Source: Octopus sinensis (Eukaryota). Taken from it: a stretch of DNA of 64,000 bases. The notes below the pieces were generated by a model. It did not search any database. It was not told the DNA's origin and was given only the letters and a program-made list of their open reading frames with translations. Where the stretch lies: NCBI RefSeq assembly GCF_006345805.1, contig NC_043013.1, forward strand, positions 13,950,001 through 14,014,000. The letters run 5' to 3'. The position numbers and the translations under genes are program-made. Positions 1-12,035 of the stretch are shown in pieces (positions within the stretch are counted from its first letter, which is position 1; each line of letters starts with the position of its first letter).

Positions 1-475
1 TGCACTGGGGTAATAGCATAGGATGGTGTTGAGTGATGGCTAGAATGTTTTTGTGTATCTCTTTTGCCATGTTCAACATGGCTAAAAAAGATTTTCCTGC
101 TTAGGGAGCAGTTTTTGTCTGGAGGTGTGGTTGCACTGTTGGATAGGGTTGTAGTTTCCACTTTTGTTGTTGTTGTTTTTGTGTCTTCCTGAAAAGACTG
201 GACCAGCATTACTGCAGCATGGTGTGTTTTCTATTTTTATTGTTATTCAGGTTTGTGTGTTGGCTTGAGGCCCCGTTTCTGTTTGTGCGTCGGGTCCCTG
301 GAAGATGAGTGAAGGGACAGTCACTCAGTAGACATGTTCTCTCACGTTGGGAATACCGGCAGATTTTGGGACTCCGAGTTGTGTGTGTTTTGAATTTCGA
401 TTTACTATTTGGTGGTGTTGATGTTATTGTGGGATGCGTGCTTTGGCCTTGGCCGGTAGTGCGTCTAGTGCCGGG

Positions 476-476
<1 letters not shown>
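1..476 (-). mobile_element. LINE ORF1 (gag-like) fragment with CCCH-type zinc finger, 5'-truncated at a (TA)n tract
   Basis: Minus-strand reading ...[27 protein letters not shown]... = C-x8-C-x4-C-x3-H. It is embedded in low-complexity T/S/P/N-rich sequence typical of LINE ORF1 C-termini. Clade assignment (CR1/L2 group) is inference. Confidence 0.5.
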
Positions 477-540
<64 letters not shown>

Positions 541-587
541 GTATATATATGTATATATATATATGTATATATATGTATATATATATG

Positions 588-622
<35 letters not shown>

Positions 623-673
623 GTATATATATATATATGTATTTATATATATATGTATATATATATATATGTG

Positions 674-704
<31 letters not shown>

Positions 705-751
705 GTATATATATATATGTATATATATATATGTATATATATATGTATATA

Positions 752-798
<47 letters not shown>

Positions 799-860
799 GT
801 ATATATATATATATGTATATATGTATATATATATATGTATATATATATGTATATATATAC

Positions 861-937
<77 letters not shown>

Positions 938-1074
938 TATATACATATTATATATACACATATATATAAATACATATATATAACATATATATATATTATA
1001 CATATATATATATATATATACATATATATACATTATATATATATATATACATATATATATATACATATATATAC

Positions 1075-1123
<49 letters not shown>

Positions 1124-1168
1124 CATATATATATACATATATATATATACATATGTATATATATATAT
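477..1168. repeat. Compound (TA)n microsatellite with TATG variants in the left half and TACA variants in the right half
   Basis: Seen directly; it generates the spurious IY-rich ORFs in the track. Confidence 0.98.
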
Positions 1169-2140
1169 AGGGTTTAGCAAAGGGAGATTTTATCGTTATA
1201 TGCTTTTATGAGTTTTGGTTTATCATGGTTTTTTTAGGTAATTCGTGGTATTTTGTCTATTTTAGGTGTTGGTTATTTTTTTACATTGTTTCATTCATAA
1301 TTTTTGAGTGGTGTTCGTTTTGCCACGTGAATAACCGGGTGGTGGACTAGCGTTGCTTGGAATGTGAATGGAATAGTGTAGTAGTGAGGTAGGCATAGAG
1401 AATGGGATTGGGTTACTGCAAGTTGTTTGTTAGAGATGCTAAGGTGAGTTAAAGCTCATAAATGTATATAATGTTTTTTGTGGGTGTGTAAGTATTGTTG
1501 TATATGTCGAGTTTAGTGAGTATGTATAGGCGTATATGTGAGGGAGTATATGTATCTTTTGTGTGTTAGTGTTTTGCGTGTGAGTGTGTGTTTTGTGTGT
1601 GAATGTGTATATGGGTTTGTTATTTAGGTTTTGGGATGTATGTGTTAATTTGCCTGTGTGGGGAGGGAGTGGGTTTTGGTGTATATTGAGGTTTATAAGT
1701 TAGTATAGGTATGTGTATAAGTCGTGAGTCTGTGGTTTACGTGTGTGTATTTGTGTGTGAATGTTTAGGTTAGGGGGTTTACTTTATAGGTTTGTTATAG
1801 AGTTTAGCAAAGGGAGATTTTATCGTTATATGTTTTTAAGAGTTTTGTTTTATTATGGTTTTTTTTTTAGGGAATTCGTGGTAATTTGTCTATATTTTCG
1901 ATATGGATTATATATAGGTTATATATGGATTATATACTTATATTTTTTCATTTATACTTTAATTATTTAAAATTATTATTTTTATATTTTAAAATTTTGA
2001 TTTTTTAGATTGGAAGTCCACCTGAAGATTGTCGATCAAGACAAGAAACGATTGTAGTGGCGGTTTTTTTTGACTATTTATTAAATTTTATGTATTGATT
2101 AAGTCTTTCCTTGTTTGTTTTGCAAAATAGTGGTTTTGTC
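1169..2140 (+). mobile_element. Penelope-like pseudo-LTR region with partial tandem repeat and hammerhead motif
   Basis: Imperfect ~95-bp direct repeat (gtttagcaaagggagattttatcgttatatg...) at ~1171-1262 and ~1802-1896, G/T-rich strand, and a hammerhead at 2018-2060. The link to PLEs is from established knowledge that PLE pLTRs carry minimal hammerheads. Confidence 0.55.
2018..2060 (+). ncRNA. Minimal type I hammerhead ribozyme
   Basis: ccac-CTGAAGA-ttgtc/gatcaa/gacaa-GAAA-c gatt g-TA-gtgg. Stem I ccac:gtgg, 5-bp stem II, complete core, GUA cleavage triplet at 2054-2056. ACGAUUGU is self-complementary with G.U pairs. Confidence 0.8.
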
Positions 2141-2149
2141 TCTAATAAT

Positions 2150-2302
2150 ATTTTATATATATATACATATATATATATACATATATATATACATATATAT
2201 ATATACATATATATACATATATATATATACATATATATATATACAATATATATATACATATATATATTATATATACATATATATATACATATATATATAT
2301 AC

Positions 2303-2342
<40 letters not shown>

Positions 2343-2386
2343 ATATATATATAAATACATATATATAAATACATATATATATATAC

Positions 2387-2431
<45 letters not shown>

Positions 2432-2481
2432 CACATATATATACATATATATATACACATATATATACATATTATATATAC

Positions 2482-2512
<31 letters not shown>

Positions 2513-2525
2513 CATATATATATAC

Positions 2526-2566
<41 letters not shown>

Positions 2567-2684
2567 ACATATATATATATATACATAATATATACATATA
2601 TATATATATATATACATATATATATACCTATATATATATACATATATATATATACATACATATACATATATATATTATATACAT

Positions 2685-2735
<51 letters not shown>

Positions 2736-2782
2736 CATATATATACATATATATACATATATATATACATATATATATATTC
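2150..2782. repeat. Compound (TA)n/(TACA) microsatellite
   Basis: Seen directly. Confidence 0.98.
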
Positions 2783-2849
2783 TATATTATTTTTTTGTTG
2801 TCCAGTTCCTTTGGTTTGTGTCTGTCTTCGTTTCTCAATGAGAAATGTG

Positions 2850-3545
2850 TCATGCATGTGCGAGCCTACAGAATTAAAGAGACACATACAGTGTTTCATT
2901 CACCGCATGCAGTTCTCAGGTTACAGCCATAAAGAAAGGATCAGAGTACACAAAGGAGCCATGAAGAAATTTGATAATATATTATGTAATGATAGGAATG
3001 GGATTTGCCCACTCTATAGGAACAAGTCATGGAACACTATAGAAAGGACAAAAAAGAAAATAGGGAAGGCCAACTCTTGGTATGATAGCCATAAATACCA
3101 GAGTGTCATGTTCGTTGACACCACCCCTGGAGGTGAACTGGCGTACTGCTTTAGAAGGACCCTAGATAAACTTAAACTAAGAATTAAGGTTGTTGAAAAG
3201 CCAGGCAACCCTATCAAATCTATAATTGGTAGAACCTATCCTTTTAGTAGAACCCCCTGTACAGATAACTATTGCACTGTATGTAGATTTAGCCCACAAA
3301 CAAACTGTAAAGCCAGAAATGTAGCCTATAGTATAAGATGTATAGAGGGACGATGCAGTAACAAGACAATAACATGAGTAGGGGAAACGGCAAGAAGCAT
3401 AGGAGAGCTATAATAGAAAATAGAAAATAAACCTAGCCTGAATAGAAAACTAGAATGGAGCAATAGCACACACCACAACATATGACGATAGAGGATTCCG
3501 AAAACATAATAAATACACAGATAAATAAACAAATAGAAATGAATA
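2850..3545 (+). mobile_element. Penelope-like element 3' ORF fragment (RT thumb, Zn-finger linker, GIY-YIG endonuclease), Neptune-like, decayed
   Basis: ORF 2811-3377: [12 protein letters not shown]...PLYR...W...WY...[13 protein letters not shown]...IKVVEKPG...YPF...CTDNYCTVC...[13 protein letters not shown]. After a stop it continues [10 protein letters not shown], the YIG half of GIY-YIG. Confidence 0.85.
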
Positions 3546-3678
3546 ATTATATATATGTATATATATCTATGTATATATGTATTTATATGTATGTATATAT
3601 ATATGTATATATGTATGTATATGTATGTATATATATGTATATATATATGTATATGTATGTGTGTATATGTATGATGTG

Positions 3679-3722
<44 letters not shown>

Positions 3723-4040
3723 TATTTTCGATTAGATTTATTTTTATTATTACTAATATTGTTGTTATACACACATACAAGCATATGCAATGATAATAAT
3801 GGGTGGATGTAAACACATGAACAAAATTAGAACAAAAGCAACAATAACAAAAACAAAATACAAATTACATGAATGTATATAAACAGAAGATACAAATATT
3901 ACAGGCATCCCCCCCACACACACTAAATAAACATAGACGCATATAGAGATATAAGCATGCGCAAATGAAGACATACAATAGAAACACGAAATGGCTGACG
4001 GTTAGTAACGAGAGACACAAATACGAAAGAAGAAAACAAA

Positions 4041-4085
4041 GGACCACTGATGCGGTCACAGGAGTGTGACGAAAGAACTCTGGCC
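4041..4085 (+). ncRNA. Variant hammerhead ribozyme motif in the presumptive 3' pLTR of the PLE
   Basis: ggacca-CTGATGCG-gtcaca/ggag/tgtgac-GAAA-gaac-TC-tggcc. Stem II is 6 bp and stem I is cca:tgg plus gg:cc. The core deviates from CUGANGA (CUGAUGCG), so it may be inactive. Confidence 0.55.
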
Positions 4086-4266
4086 GAAATAAGATTAAGA
4101 TTAATGTAAAAAATAAATATCACTGAAGCAAAATAACACCAAATATATAGTGCGTGTGTTTTTATTGGCTAAACTGGCAATATGACCATTCCGAAATATA
4201 ACAATATCTGTTTCAACACACGACTTCACATAAAAATTCTTGCACAACAAATATTTAAACGTATAT

Positions 4267-4342
<76 letters not shown>

Positions 4343-4429
4343 CATATATTATATACATATATACATATATATATATATACATATATACATACATATATAT
4401 ATTATTTATATATATATTTCTGCTGCATC

Positions 4430-4577
4430 CAACAAGTAATGTGGGGAGGAAGTTCTGCTAGGTTCCTGACAGGCAAAGAACATTTGTATAGGTTTTCTGG
4501 GCAGAGAACACTGATAGGGTTAGTGGTGTGTGTAAACTTCTTACATAGAAATGGGTTGATAAGGTAATCGAGGTAGT
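4430..4577 (+). mobile_element. RTE-clade LINE endonuclease fragment running into the gap
   Basis: Frameshifted ARFLTGKEH... and ...KWVDKVIEV; homologous to the minus-strand copy at 7760-7830. Confidence 0.7.
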
Positions 4578-4677
4578 NNNNNNNNNNNNNNNNNNNNNNN
4601 NNNNNNNNNNNNNNNNNNNNNNNNNNNNNNNNNNNNNNNNNNNNNNNNNNNNNNNNNNNNNNNNNNNNNNNNNNNNN
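4578..4677. other. Assembly gap (100 N)
   Basis: Run of N. Confidence 1.
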
Positions 4678-6705
4678 ATAGCTTACACTTGGTGCATCTT
4701 ATAGAGTTTCTCTACCTACACCTTTTCTACAGATCGAGCAGGGCCATCTACCTGAAGGCGTTTGTGATTGGTCTCCTTCCTACTTATTAGGACTTTGGTT
4801 TTGGCTAGGTTGATTCTAAGCCCTTTGATTCTAAACCTTGTTTCCATACCTGAAACTTCTCCTCTAGTTCTGATAGAGACTGCACAATTAGAGCAAGGTC
4901 ATCAGCATAGAGGAGCTCCCAGGGGCATCCTGTCTTGAATTCCTCCGTTTATTGCCTGGAGGACTATGATAAATAGGAGGGGACTGAGGACTGAACCTTG
5001 GTGGACCCCAACCTCCAACCCGAATCTACCCTGATTCTTCACTGTACTCGGTGCCAACCCTCACCTTACTAGCAGCGTCTCTGTACATGCTTGTACAGCT
5101 TTCACTAACCATTCATCTATCCCTAGTTTCCTCATTGACCACCAGATGAGGGATCGGGGACCCTGTCGAAGGCTTTCTCCATATCAACAAAAGCCAGGTA
5201 TAGGGGCTTGTCTTTGGCTAGGTATTTCTCTTGCAGCTGTCTTATCATGAAAATAGCATCAGTAGTACTTTTCCCTGGCACGAACCCAAACTGCATCTGA
5301 TCTAGGCTAACTCTCTCTCTAATTAGTTGGGCTATAACCCTCTCCGTAACCTTCATTACCTGATCCAGCAGCTTGAACCCCTGTAGCTATTTGTATCTAG
5401 GGCGTCACCTTTACCTTTGTAGCAGCTGACTATTATGCTGCTACAAACCAGTCATTGGGAATGACTCCTTCGTGTATCACCTGGTTAACTATACGGGTGA
5501 CTAGGCTATAGCCGACACTACCAGATATTTTGAGCATCTCTGCAGTATTCCTGATGGGCCTGGGGCTTTCCCTGTTTTCATGCTTTTAATTGCCTTATCT
5601 CGGATTGCTGGTCCCTCTGTTGGGTCAGACTCTCTTTATCCCATTCATTTCCTCATTCAGCAACCTTTCATAGTGGCTTCTCCAAACTCTCTCTTTGCAT
5701 CCTCATTTAGCGCAGGAGGGCCGTCATCCGTGCGAACACATTTTTCTCCTACCACGTCACGATTCTCTCTCACACACTGTCTTGCTATACGAAATACCTC
5801 AAGTCTTTCATCCTCACGGCGCAGGACATTGGCAAATTTTTTCCTATCTGCTTCCCCCTCTGGCTAAATAAACCTGCCTCCTAGCTTCCCTTCTTGCAGT
5901 CTGATACACTTCCCTGCTACCACGCCTTCCTTCCAGTCCTTCCAAGCCTGTTTCTTTTGTCTAATAGCCCTGTCAACAGTATTGTTCCACCACCACGTTA
6001 TTTTGGGTCTTGTGGGGACTTTGCACCAGCCACAGATCTGGTCAGTGGCTTTCAGCAGGTTTGTCCCTTAGAAGCGCCCAGTTATCTTCTACCCCATGTG
6101 TAGCTATGCCCCCTTCTATTTCGTCGAAGGCTTCAAGTAACATGTCTCTAAATCTCTGTCCATTAGCAGGATCTTTAAGCTTCCAGACCCTTCTTCTCCA
6201 TGTTTGTCGTCTTCTAGTCGTCCTCTTAGTCCTGATCCTAAGTCACTGACTACCATTCTATGTGTGTGGGTACATTCTTCTCTTCGCCTGGGAAGGTTTT
6301 GGCATTCATAAGCAGCCATCTTTCCCTTTTTCTGGCAAGGATGTAGTCGATTTGGCTAGTATGCTGGCCCGAACGGTAGGTGACCAGGTGGCTTGTTGGT
6401 TTCCTGAAGTAGTGTTGCAAACCATAAGACTATTCGCATCACAGAACTCCAGCAGCCTGGTTCCCTCCTCATTGTGAGAACCATAACCATAGCCTCCATG
6501 AACGCCATAGAAGCCCTCAGCATATCGTCCAACATGCCCATTGAAGTTACCAGCCACAAATAGAAGGTCCCTGTTGTTCGTCAATGAGGTGGTCTGCAGT
6601 AGGGTGTCATAGAAACGGTCTTTCTGCCCATCGGGTAACCCTGGCTGAGGGGCATAGGCCGATATAATAGTTGCTAAACTATGATGGAGCACTAATCTAA
6701 TCTTC
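4678..6705 (-). mobile_element. RTE-clade LINE, APE endonuclease plus RT, frameshifted
   Basis: ATIISAYAPQPG...FNGHVG...GVHGGYGYG...NEEGTRLLEFC (6306-6692); QFGFVPGKSTTDAIF...LAFVDMEKAFDRVP (5132-5356); QGSVLSPLLFIIVL and ELLYADDL near 4890-5000. Confidence 0.92.
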
Positions 6706-6721
6706 GTATATTCATATATAT

Positions 6722-7100
6722 ATCACCATCACCATCATCATTTAACGTCTGTTGTCCATGGGTCGGATGGTTTGACTGGCTGGCAGGCTAGAAGGCTGAT
6801 TTGGCATGATTTCTACAGCAGGATGCCCTTCCTAACACCAACTGCACCAAGAGTGTAATGGGAGCTTTTATGTGCCACTAGAATGGGTGCCATTTGCATG
6901 ACAATGGTATTTACCATGACTGTGATTTTGCTTGGGTTGATGGATCTTCTTCTCATACATGACATAATGCCAAAGGTCTTAGTCATTGCCTCTGTGAGCG
7001 CAAATACTTGAAAGTAACACAGCCACTTTGCCTCTGTGAGCTCAACACCCGAAAGGAACTCCCCTCCATGAGGTCCAACACTTGAAAGGTGCTCTTTACA
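6722..7100 (-). mobile_element. RTE-3'-tail-type SINE/LINE end with (TGA)n tail
   Basis: catcatcatttaacgtc...ggatgcccttcctaacaccaac; same family as 37790-38235. Confidence 0.65.
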
Positions 7101-7309
7101 TGCCACCAGCACAAGTGCCTGTTACATGACTCTAGCATCAGTCATGACTTTGAACTCACTTGGCTTGATGAGTCTTGTCAAGCACACATAATCGCCAAAG
7201 TCTCAGCCAGTGTCATTGCCTCTGTGAGGCTCAAGTTCGAAATTCATGTTTTGCTACCTCGTCCCATGTCTTCCTGGATCTACTTCTACCACAGGTTCCC
7301 TCCATAGTT

Positions 7310-7832
7310 AGAGATCAGCACTATGTGCTGATCTCTGAGGGGTTTTGTATTCAAGAACAACCATGCATCATACTGTCTGGTGAGAATGAAATCGATCTGG
7401 CTAGTAAAATCATCTGATTGATAGGTGATCAGGTGGTTGGCTGGCTTCCTGAAGTTGGTGTTGCAGATCAGTAAGTCATTTGCATCACAGTACTCTAATA
7501 GCCTTGTTCCCTCTTCATTTTGGACATCAGTTGCACAGCATAGAAGATAATAGGGTGCCATTTGACATGCCCATTGAAATCCCCAACCACGAAGACAAAA
7601 CCATAGTCCCTCGTCTTTAAAGTAGCCTGCAGAAGAATGTAGTAAAAGTGGTCCTTCTGTTCATTTGGCAGGCCTGCTTGTGGGGCATAGGCAGAGATAA
7701 TTGTAGCTATGCTATTCTGTAAGACTTGCCTGAGCTTAAGTATTCTATCGCACACTCAGACTACCTCTATGACCTTATCCACCCATTTCTCTGCAAGAAA
7801 TATTCCCACACCACCTACTCCATCACTGTTAC
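7310..7832 (-). mobile_element. Second RTE endonuclease fragment
   Basis: GVGGVGIFLAEKWVDKVIEV...CDRILKLR...ATIISAYAPQAG...GDFNGHV...NEEGTRLLEYCDANDLLICNTNFRK. Confidence 0.88.
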
Positions 7833-7843
7833 CTTCTCAGAAA

Positions 7844-7883
<40 letters not shown>

Positions 7884-7884
<1 letters not shown>

Positions 7885-8033
7885 ATGGGTTTCTTTCAGC
7901 TTCTGTCGACCAAATCTACTTGCAAGATTTTGATCAATCCAAGGCTATAGTAGAAAATACTTGCCCAAGGTGCCACACAGTGGGACTGAACCCAGAACGA
8001 TGTGGTTGGGAAGCAAGCTTCTTACCACGGAGC
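7884..8033 (-). mobile_element. tRNA-derived SINE family B (head half)
   Basis: Reverse complement of ...gtggtaagaagcttgcttcccaaccac...gttcagtcccactgtgtggcaccttgggcaagt... with A/B-box-like head. Confidence 0.8.
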
Positions 8034-9499
8034 CATTCATATTATTTAATCTCATACTCTACCATTTGAGGCAGATTGTTGTTTTATCTTGTACCAAATA
8101 CATTAATAAATAAGTTTTACTGGTTTTTGATATTTACTTCAAATTTGGGACATCTCCTCCACCCTCCACCATCACCACAACTGCCAATCACAAACTGAAA
8201 GGAAGTACAATGCCCAGCAGCAAGTCAAAAATATTTCAGGATTTCATACTTTTGATGAAAATTTATTTGTAACTGAAGGTAAATAAAATAAAAAAGAAAA
8301 GACAAATATGATAGCTTGTATATATTAAATACAAAATAACAAACAATTGTTCTTTATTTTCAGATGAAAAACATTGATACATCTCTAGCATGGATAAAAG
8401 AGAATCTCATGAAAACAAAGCCATAAGGAGATTGTTCCTGGAGAAGACTTACCTGAATCTGATAAAACATTTTCTTCCTAAATTTTTGATAATTCCCTCG
8501 ACTACATACAACCATATAACCATATAATTAACATTTATTACACTTAAAGTATCAGCTAGTTGATAATAATAACAAACCATTGTGACATACAAATGAATTC
8601 TAAAATAAAAACTTTAAGGTATAAACCAAATATTTTGGTCCAGTAAATAATCCAGAATTTTAACATAATATATTAACATAAATTTGCTTAGAATCTGGTA
8701 AATGCAAGATAACACTTTCATATTAGGAACAGAGTCTAACCAAATTATCGAGAATTCCCTCTATCTACTGTATGCAACCATATAACTATATAATTAACAT
8801 TTACTACTCTTAAAGTCTCAATTACTTACTAAATCATAATAAACCATAGGCAACGGCAACACTAACCTCAGGAATGGATGTTGTTGTTGTTGTTAATGGT
8901 TTTGGGACAGAAATAATCTGACAAAATAAGAATAAATTCTAAAATTGTGCCAACCCAACCAATGTTTTAATGTAATGTATTAAATGTATTTTACTAACAG
9001 TCAAGTAAATGTAAGAACTTGAAGTATGAAATAGAGATATGATACTTCCAAATTAGTGTTGGAGAATAGGAATTACTGAATTTAAATCGACCAGTGGATG
9101 AACTGCTGCAAAGGGAAATGACAGGAACATCACAATATATAACAGATAACAGATATTTCACTCTATGTTTGTTACAGGTTCTAAAATGTTAACAACATTC
9201 AGAATTCTTAATTTACTTTTATTCTATTAGCAATATTCAGAAAACTTTTTCATTTTTATTGCCCCAAAATATTAACAATTTTCAAAAAACTTGTTACTTT
9301 TATACTTCTAAAATATCAAATAATATTCAGAAATCTAACTTTATGTTTATTATTCTAATTAACTTCAATGGAATAAAAATTTTAATAAAAATATCAATAC
9401 ATCTATTTGTTTATTTTTCTGCATGCAAACCTATACACAACTCTACACACACACACATACACACATACAAAGCACACACACACACACACCCACATCCTT

Positions 9500-9850
9500 A
9501 CACATTGTCCAGTCTTTCCTTTCCCTACTTTCCGTGGTGCATACAACATTTGGCATCCCCCACCCTTATCCCCCATTTGCTACATCTACCCTTCAGCTGT
9601 GCCCAGTCTTCACAATTGTCACCTACTTCCTCTTGATGATTCCTCGACTGTAATTCTCCATTGCACCCTTGAAATCCTCTCCCACCCACAGTCCTTGTTC
9701 TTCTCTTTTAGTCACCTTGAGGGTCCACCTAAACACCTCATCACTACCATTTTCATCTCATTCCACCTCCCCACCTTCTCTTATAAAATAAGTAAACATG
9801 TAGCTCATCTAGTATTTTCTGCTGTGGCCCTTTCTCTCAGCATTTAACCC
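9500..9850 (-). mobile_element. Highly decayed RTE-type RT C-terminal remnant
   Basis: Only patchy similarity (EMKMV.RC..., G...RK..W) by eye. Confidence 0.35.
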
Positions 9851-9922
9851 CTCATATCCGAATGTAAACCACACTCTCTTGGGTTCATTGTCTTGCAAGT
9901 TGCATTGTATCATAGATATGAA

Positions 9923-10151
9923 GGCAGCGAGCTGGCAGAGACGTTAGTATGCCGGGCGAAATGCGTAGCAGTGTTTTGTCTGCTGCTACGTTCTGAGTTC
10001 AAATTCCACCGAGGTCGACTTTGCCTTTCATCCTTTCGGGGTCAATTAAATAAGTTCCAGTTACGCACTGGGGTCGATATAATGGACTTAATCCGTTTGT
10101 CTGTCCTTGTTTGTCCTCTCTGGGTTTAGCCCCTTGTGAGTAGTAAAGAAA
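9923..10151 (+). mobile_element. tRNA-derived SINE family A, full length
   Basis: ggcagcgagctggcagagacgttag...gagttcaaattccaccgaggtcgactttgcctttcatcctttcgggg...ctggggtcgat...gtagtaaagaaat. B-box GAGTTCAAAT; at least 6 copies in the window. Confidence 0.9.
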
Positions 10152-10879
10152 TATACACTGTATCATAACTAGTGCTAGTGGTACAGAAATGCACCCAGTA
10201 TGTGAAGTAAAATGGTTGGCATTACGAAGGACATAAAACAACCTGCCAAGATAAACACTGGAGTAGGATTGTATACGGTAATATCTCACTTTACGAAGAC
10301 ACGCTTTATGAGACTCCAGGTTTATGAACTGAATTTTTCAAGTACAAAATCCAAATTTTGAATGAAGTGCAGAAGTTTCTACTACCATAACAAACACTTC
10401 TGTGTGTTACCAAGAAATTTTGAGAGCAAATGAAAGCTTCTTTTAAATAAACAACTCTGGACTTGTTTTTAAAAGGAACTCTACAAGTCCGTCTATGAGT
10501 GCTTGTGAATCGGCAATCGCGTCTACAAGTGATGGTGTGTGTAAATCTAATGTGAGTGAAAGTAATTCAGAAAACGATTATAATATATTTTTCATTATAA
10601 ATGATCTTGACTTTTGTTTTTACATAAAAAATCCTTTACATTCTACAGTTGCTTTAGTGCCATTTAGTTACGAGTATTGTAAATTTTATGGGTAAAGTAT
10701 TTTTCTGGGAATGAATTATGTTTTATAACATTGCTACTATGGGAAATTATTGCTCTGCTTTACAAGTTTTCACTTTACGAGCGGTCTCCAGGAACAAATT
10801 AACTTGAATATCGAGGCATTATTATATATGTGTGTGTTTGTGTGTATGTGCGTGTGTGTGTGTGTGTGTGTACACTGTA

Positions 10880-11325
10880 TCCTTACTTGTGGATATATGA
10901 TTTTAACAAAGTAGGAGTAAGCGATGTATTTAGAGACGTAGCTTCCGACTACCAACATGTGAGACTCCAATGACTTCTTTTTCTTCAACGAGACACTCTT
11001 TATAAGAATTTGATGAGTCCACCTTTAAATCCCAGAGGGGTGTTAATGTCTAACACCACAACATGTGTGTGTGGTGTGTGTGTGTGTGTGTGTTTTTCAG
11101 AGTAGTCAGACTTGTTCATCACTACTGTAGCATTTCCTTTGTCCGCTGGAAGTATTATGATAGAATTGTCACTCTGTAGTCTTTTCATAGTGAACTTTTC
11201 TTCTTTACTGATGTTTGGTTCAGGAAGTTTTGCTTTTTCAAGTACCTGTTTTGCTTTCCACCTTAGTTCATCTCCCTGAGCTTTTGGTATCTTTATGGCT
11301 TCAATAGGGGCTATTATGTCCAAGT
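10880..11325 (-). mobile_element. Penelope-like RT N-terminal fragment
   Basis: NISKEEKFTMKRLQSDNSIIILPADKGNATVVMNKSDY (11000-11323); the PADKGNATVV motif is characteristic of PLE RTs. Confidence 0.85.
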
Positions 11326-11499
11326 ATGCAATATGCTTGGTGGTTGCCGCAAAGCAAGTGGTGTTGGTGGTGCTAGTGATGCTAGTGGTGCTACTGGTGC
11401 TAGTGTTGCTTCTGGTGCTGGTGGTGATTGTGGTGTCGGGACGCTGGTGATGTTGGTGGTGTTGGTGGTGCTAATGGTGCTGGTGGGGCTACTGTTTAG

Positions 11500-11670
11500 A
11501 TGGATAGGATTTTTCTAATGATGTTAGCAGTACTTGTCAGCACAATCTTTTGGATTTCTCTGAGGCATGGTTCTTCTGGGATCTTATCTAGATGTTTCTG
11601 ACATCCCTTTTTTATCAACAGGTTCAGATGATCAGAGGCTAGTTGAGAAAGAGGCATAGAACACTGCATC
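11500..11670 (-). mobile_element. R4/Dong-clade LINE C-terminal fragment
   Basis: LIKKGCQKHLDKIPEEPCLREIQKIVLTSTANIIRKILS; near-identical in motif to 16035-16229. Confidence 0.75.
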
Positions 11671-12035
11671 TTAATACCAATATCAATAAATTCTAGCTTA
11701 ACTACTATGTAATTCGCCCAAATCACTAATCCACCATCCTTCAGTCCGCTGATGATGTCGGATCAGTGATGGTGGACTTGTACTTGATTGGAAATTTTAT
11801 CAACACTGATAAAACGAAAGAGATTATATTACTTCTCAAAAACAAGTTAAAAATCGACAAAAAAAAAGAAGAAAAAAAACAATCAAATAGAAGGGAAACA
11901 ACCCTTCATCAAAATTGTATTAAATAAGGAGTATTTTCCCTTGGATAGAATTTTTTTTTTTGTTTAACAAATATTTATCATTGTAAGAAAGCAAAATATA
12001 TTTTTAATGACATGTTTGGTTATTATCTAAATTAG

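Noticed and set aside
1490-1800. C-depleted G/T-rich strand suggesting deaminase hypermutation
   Set aside because: Only two C-to-T differences between the local repeat copies; the skew is adequately explained by (GT)/(TA)-like low complexity.
209-2748. Long IY/YI-rich ORFs (also at 27346-27978 and 31167-31986)
   Set aside because: Translations of (TA)n tracts, which lack stops in several frames on both strands; no coding signal.
9923-10010. tRNA genes at SINE heads (also 14291, 47403, 50801)
   Set aside because: A/B boxes are present, but there is no complete cloverleaf and each continues into a SINE body and tail.
11731-11778. Imperfect hairpin containing CTGATGA
   Set aside because: CTGATGA is in the loop and there is no GAAA box; not a ribozyme, and no other support for function.
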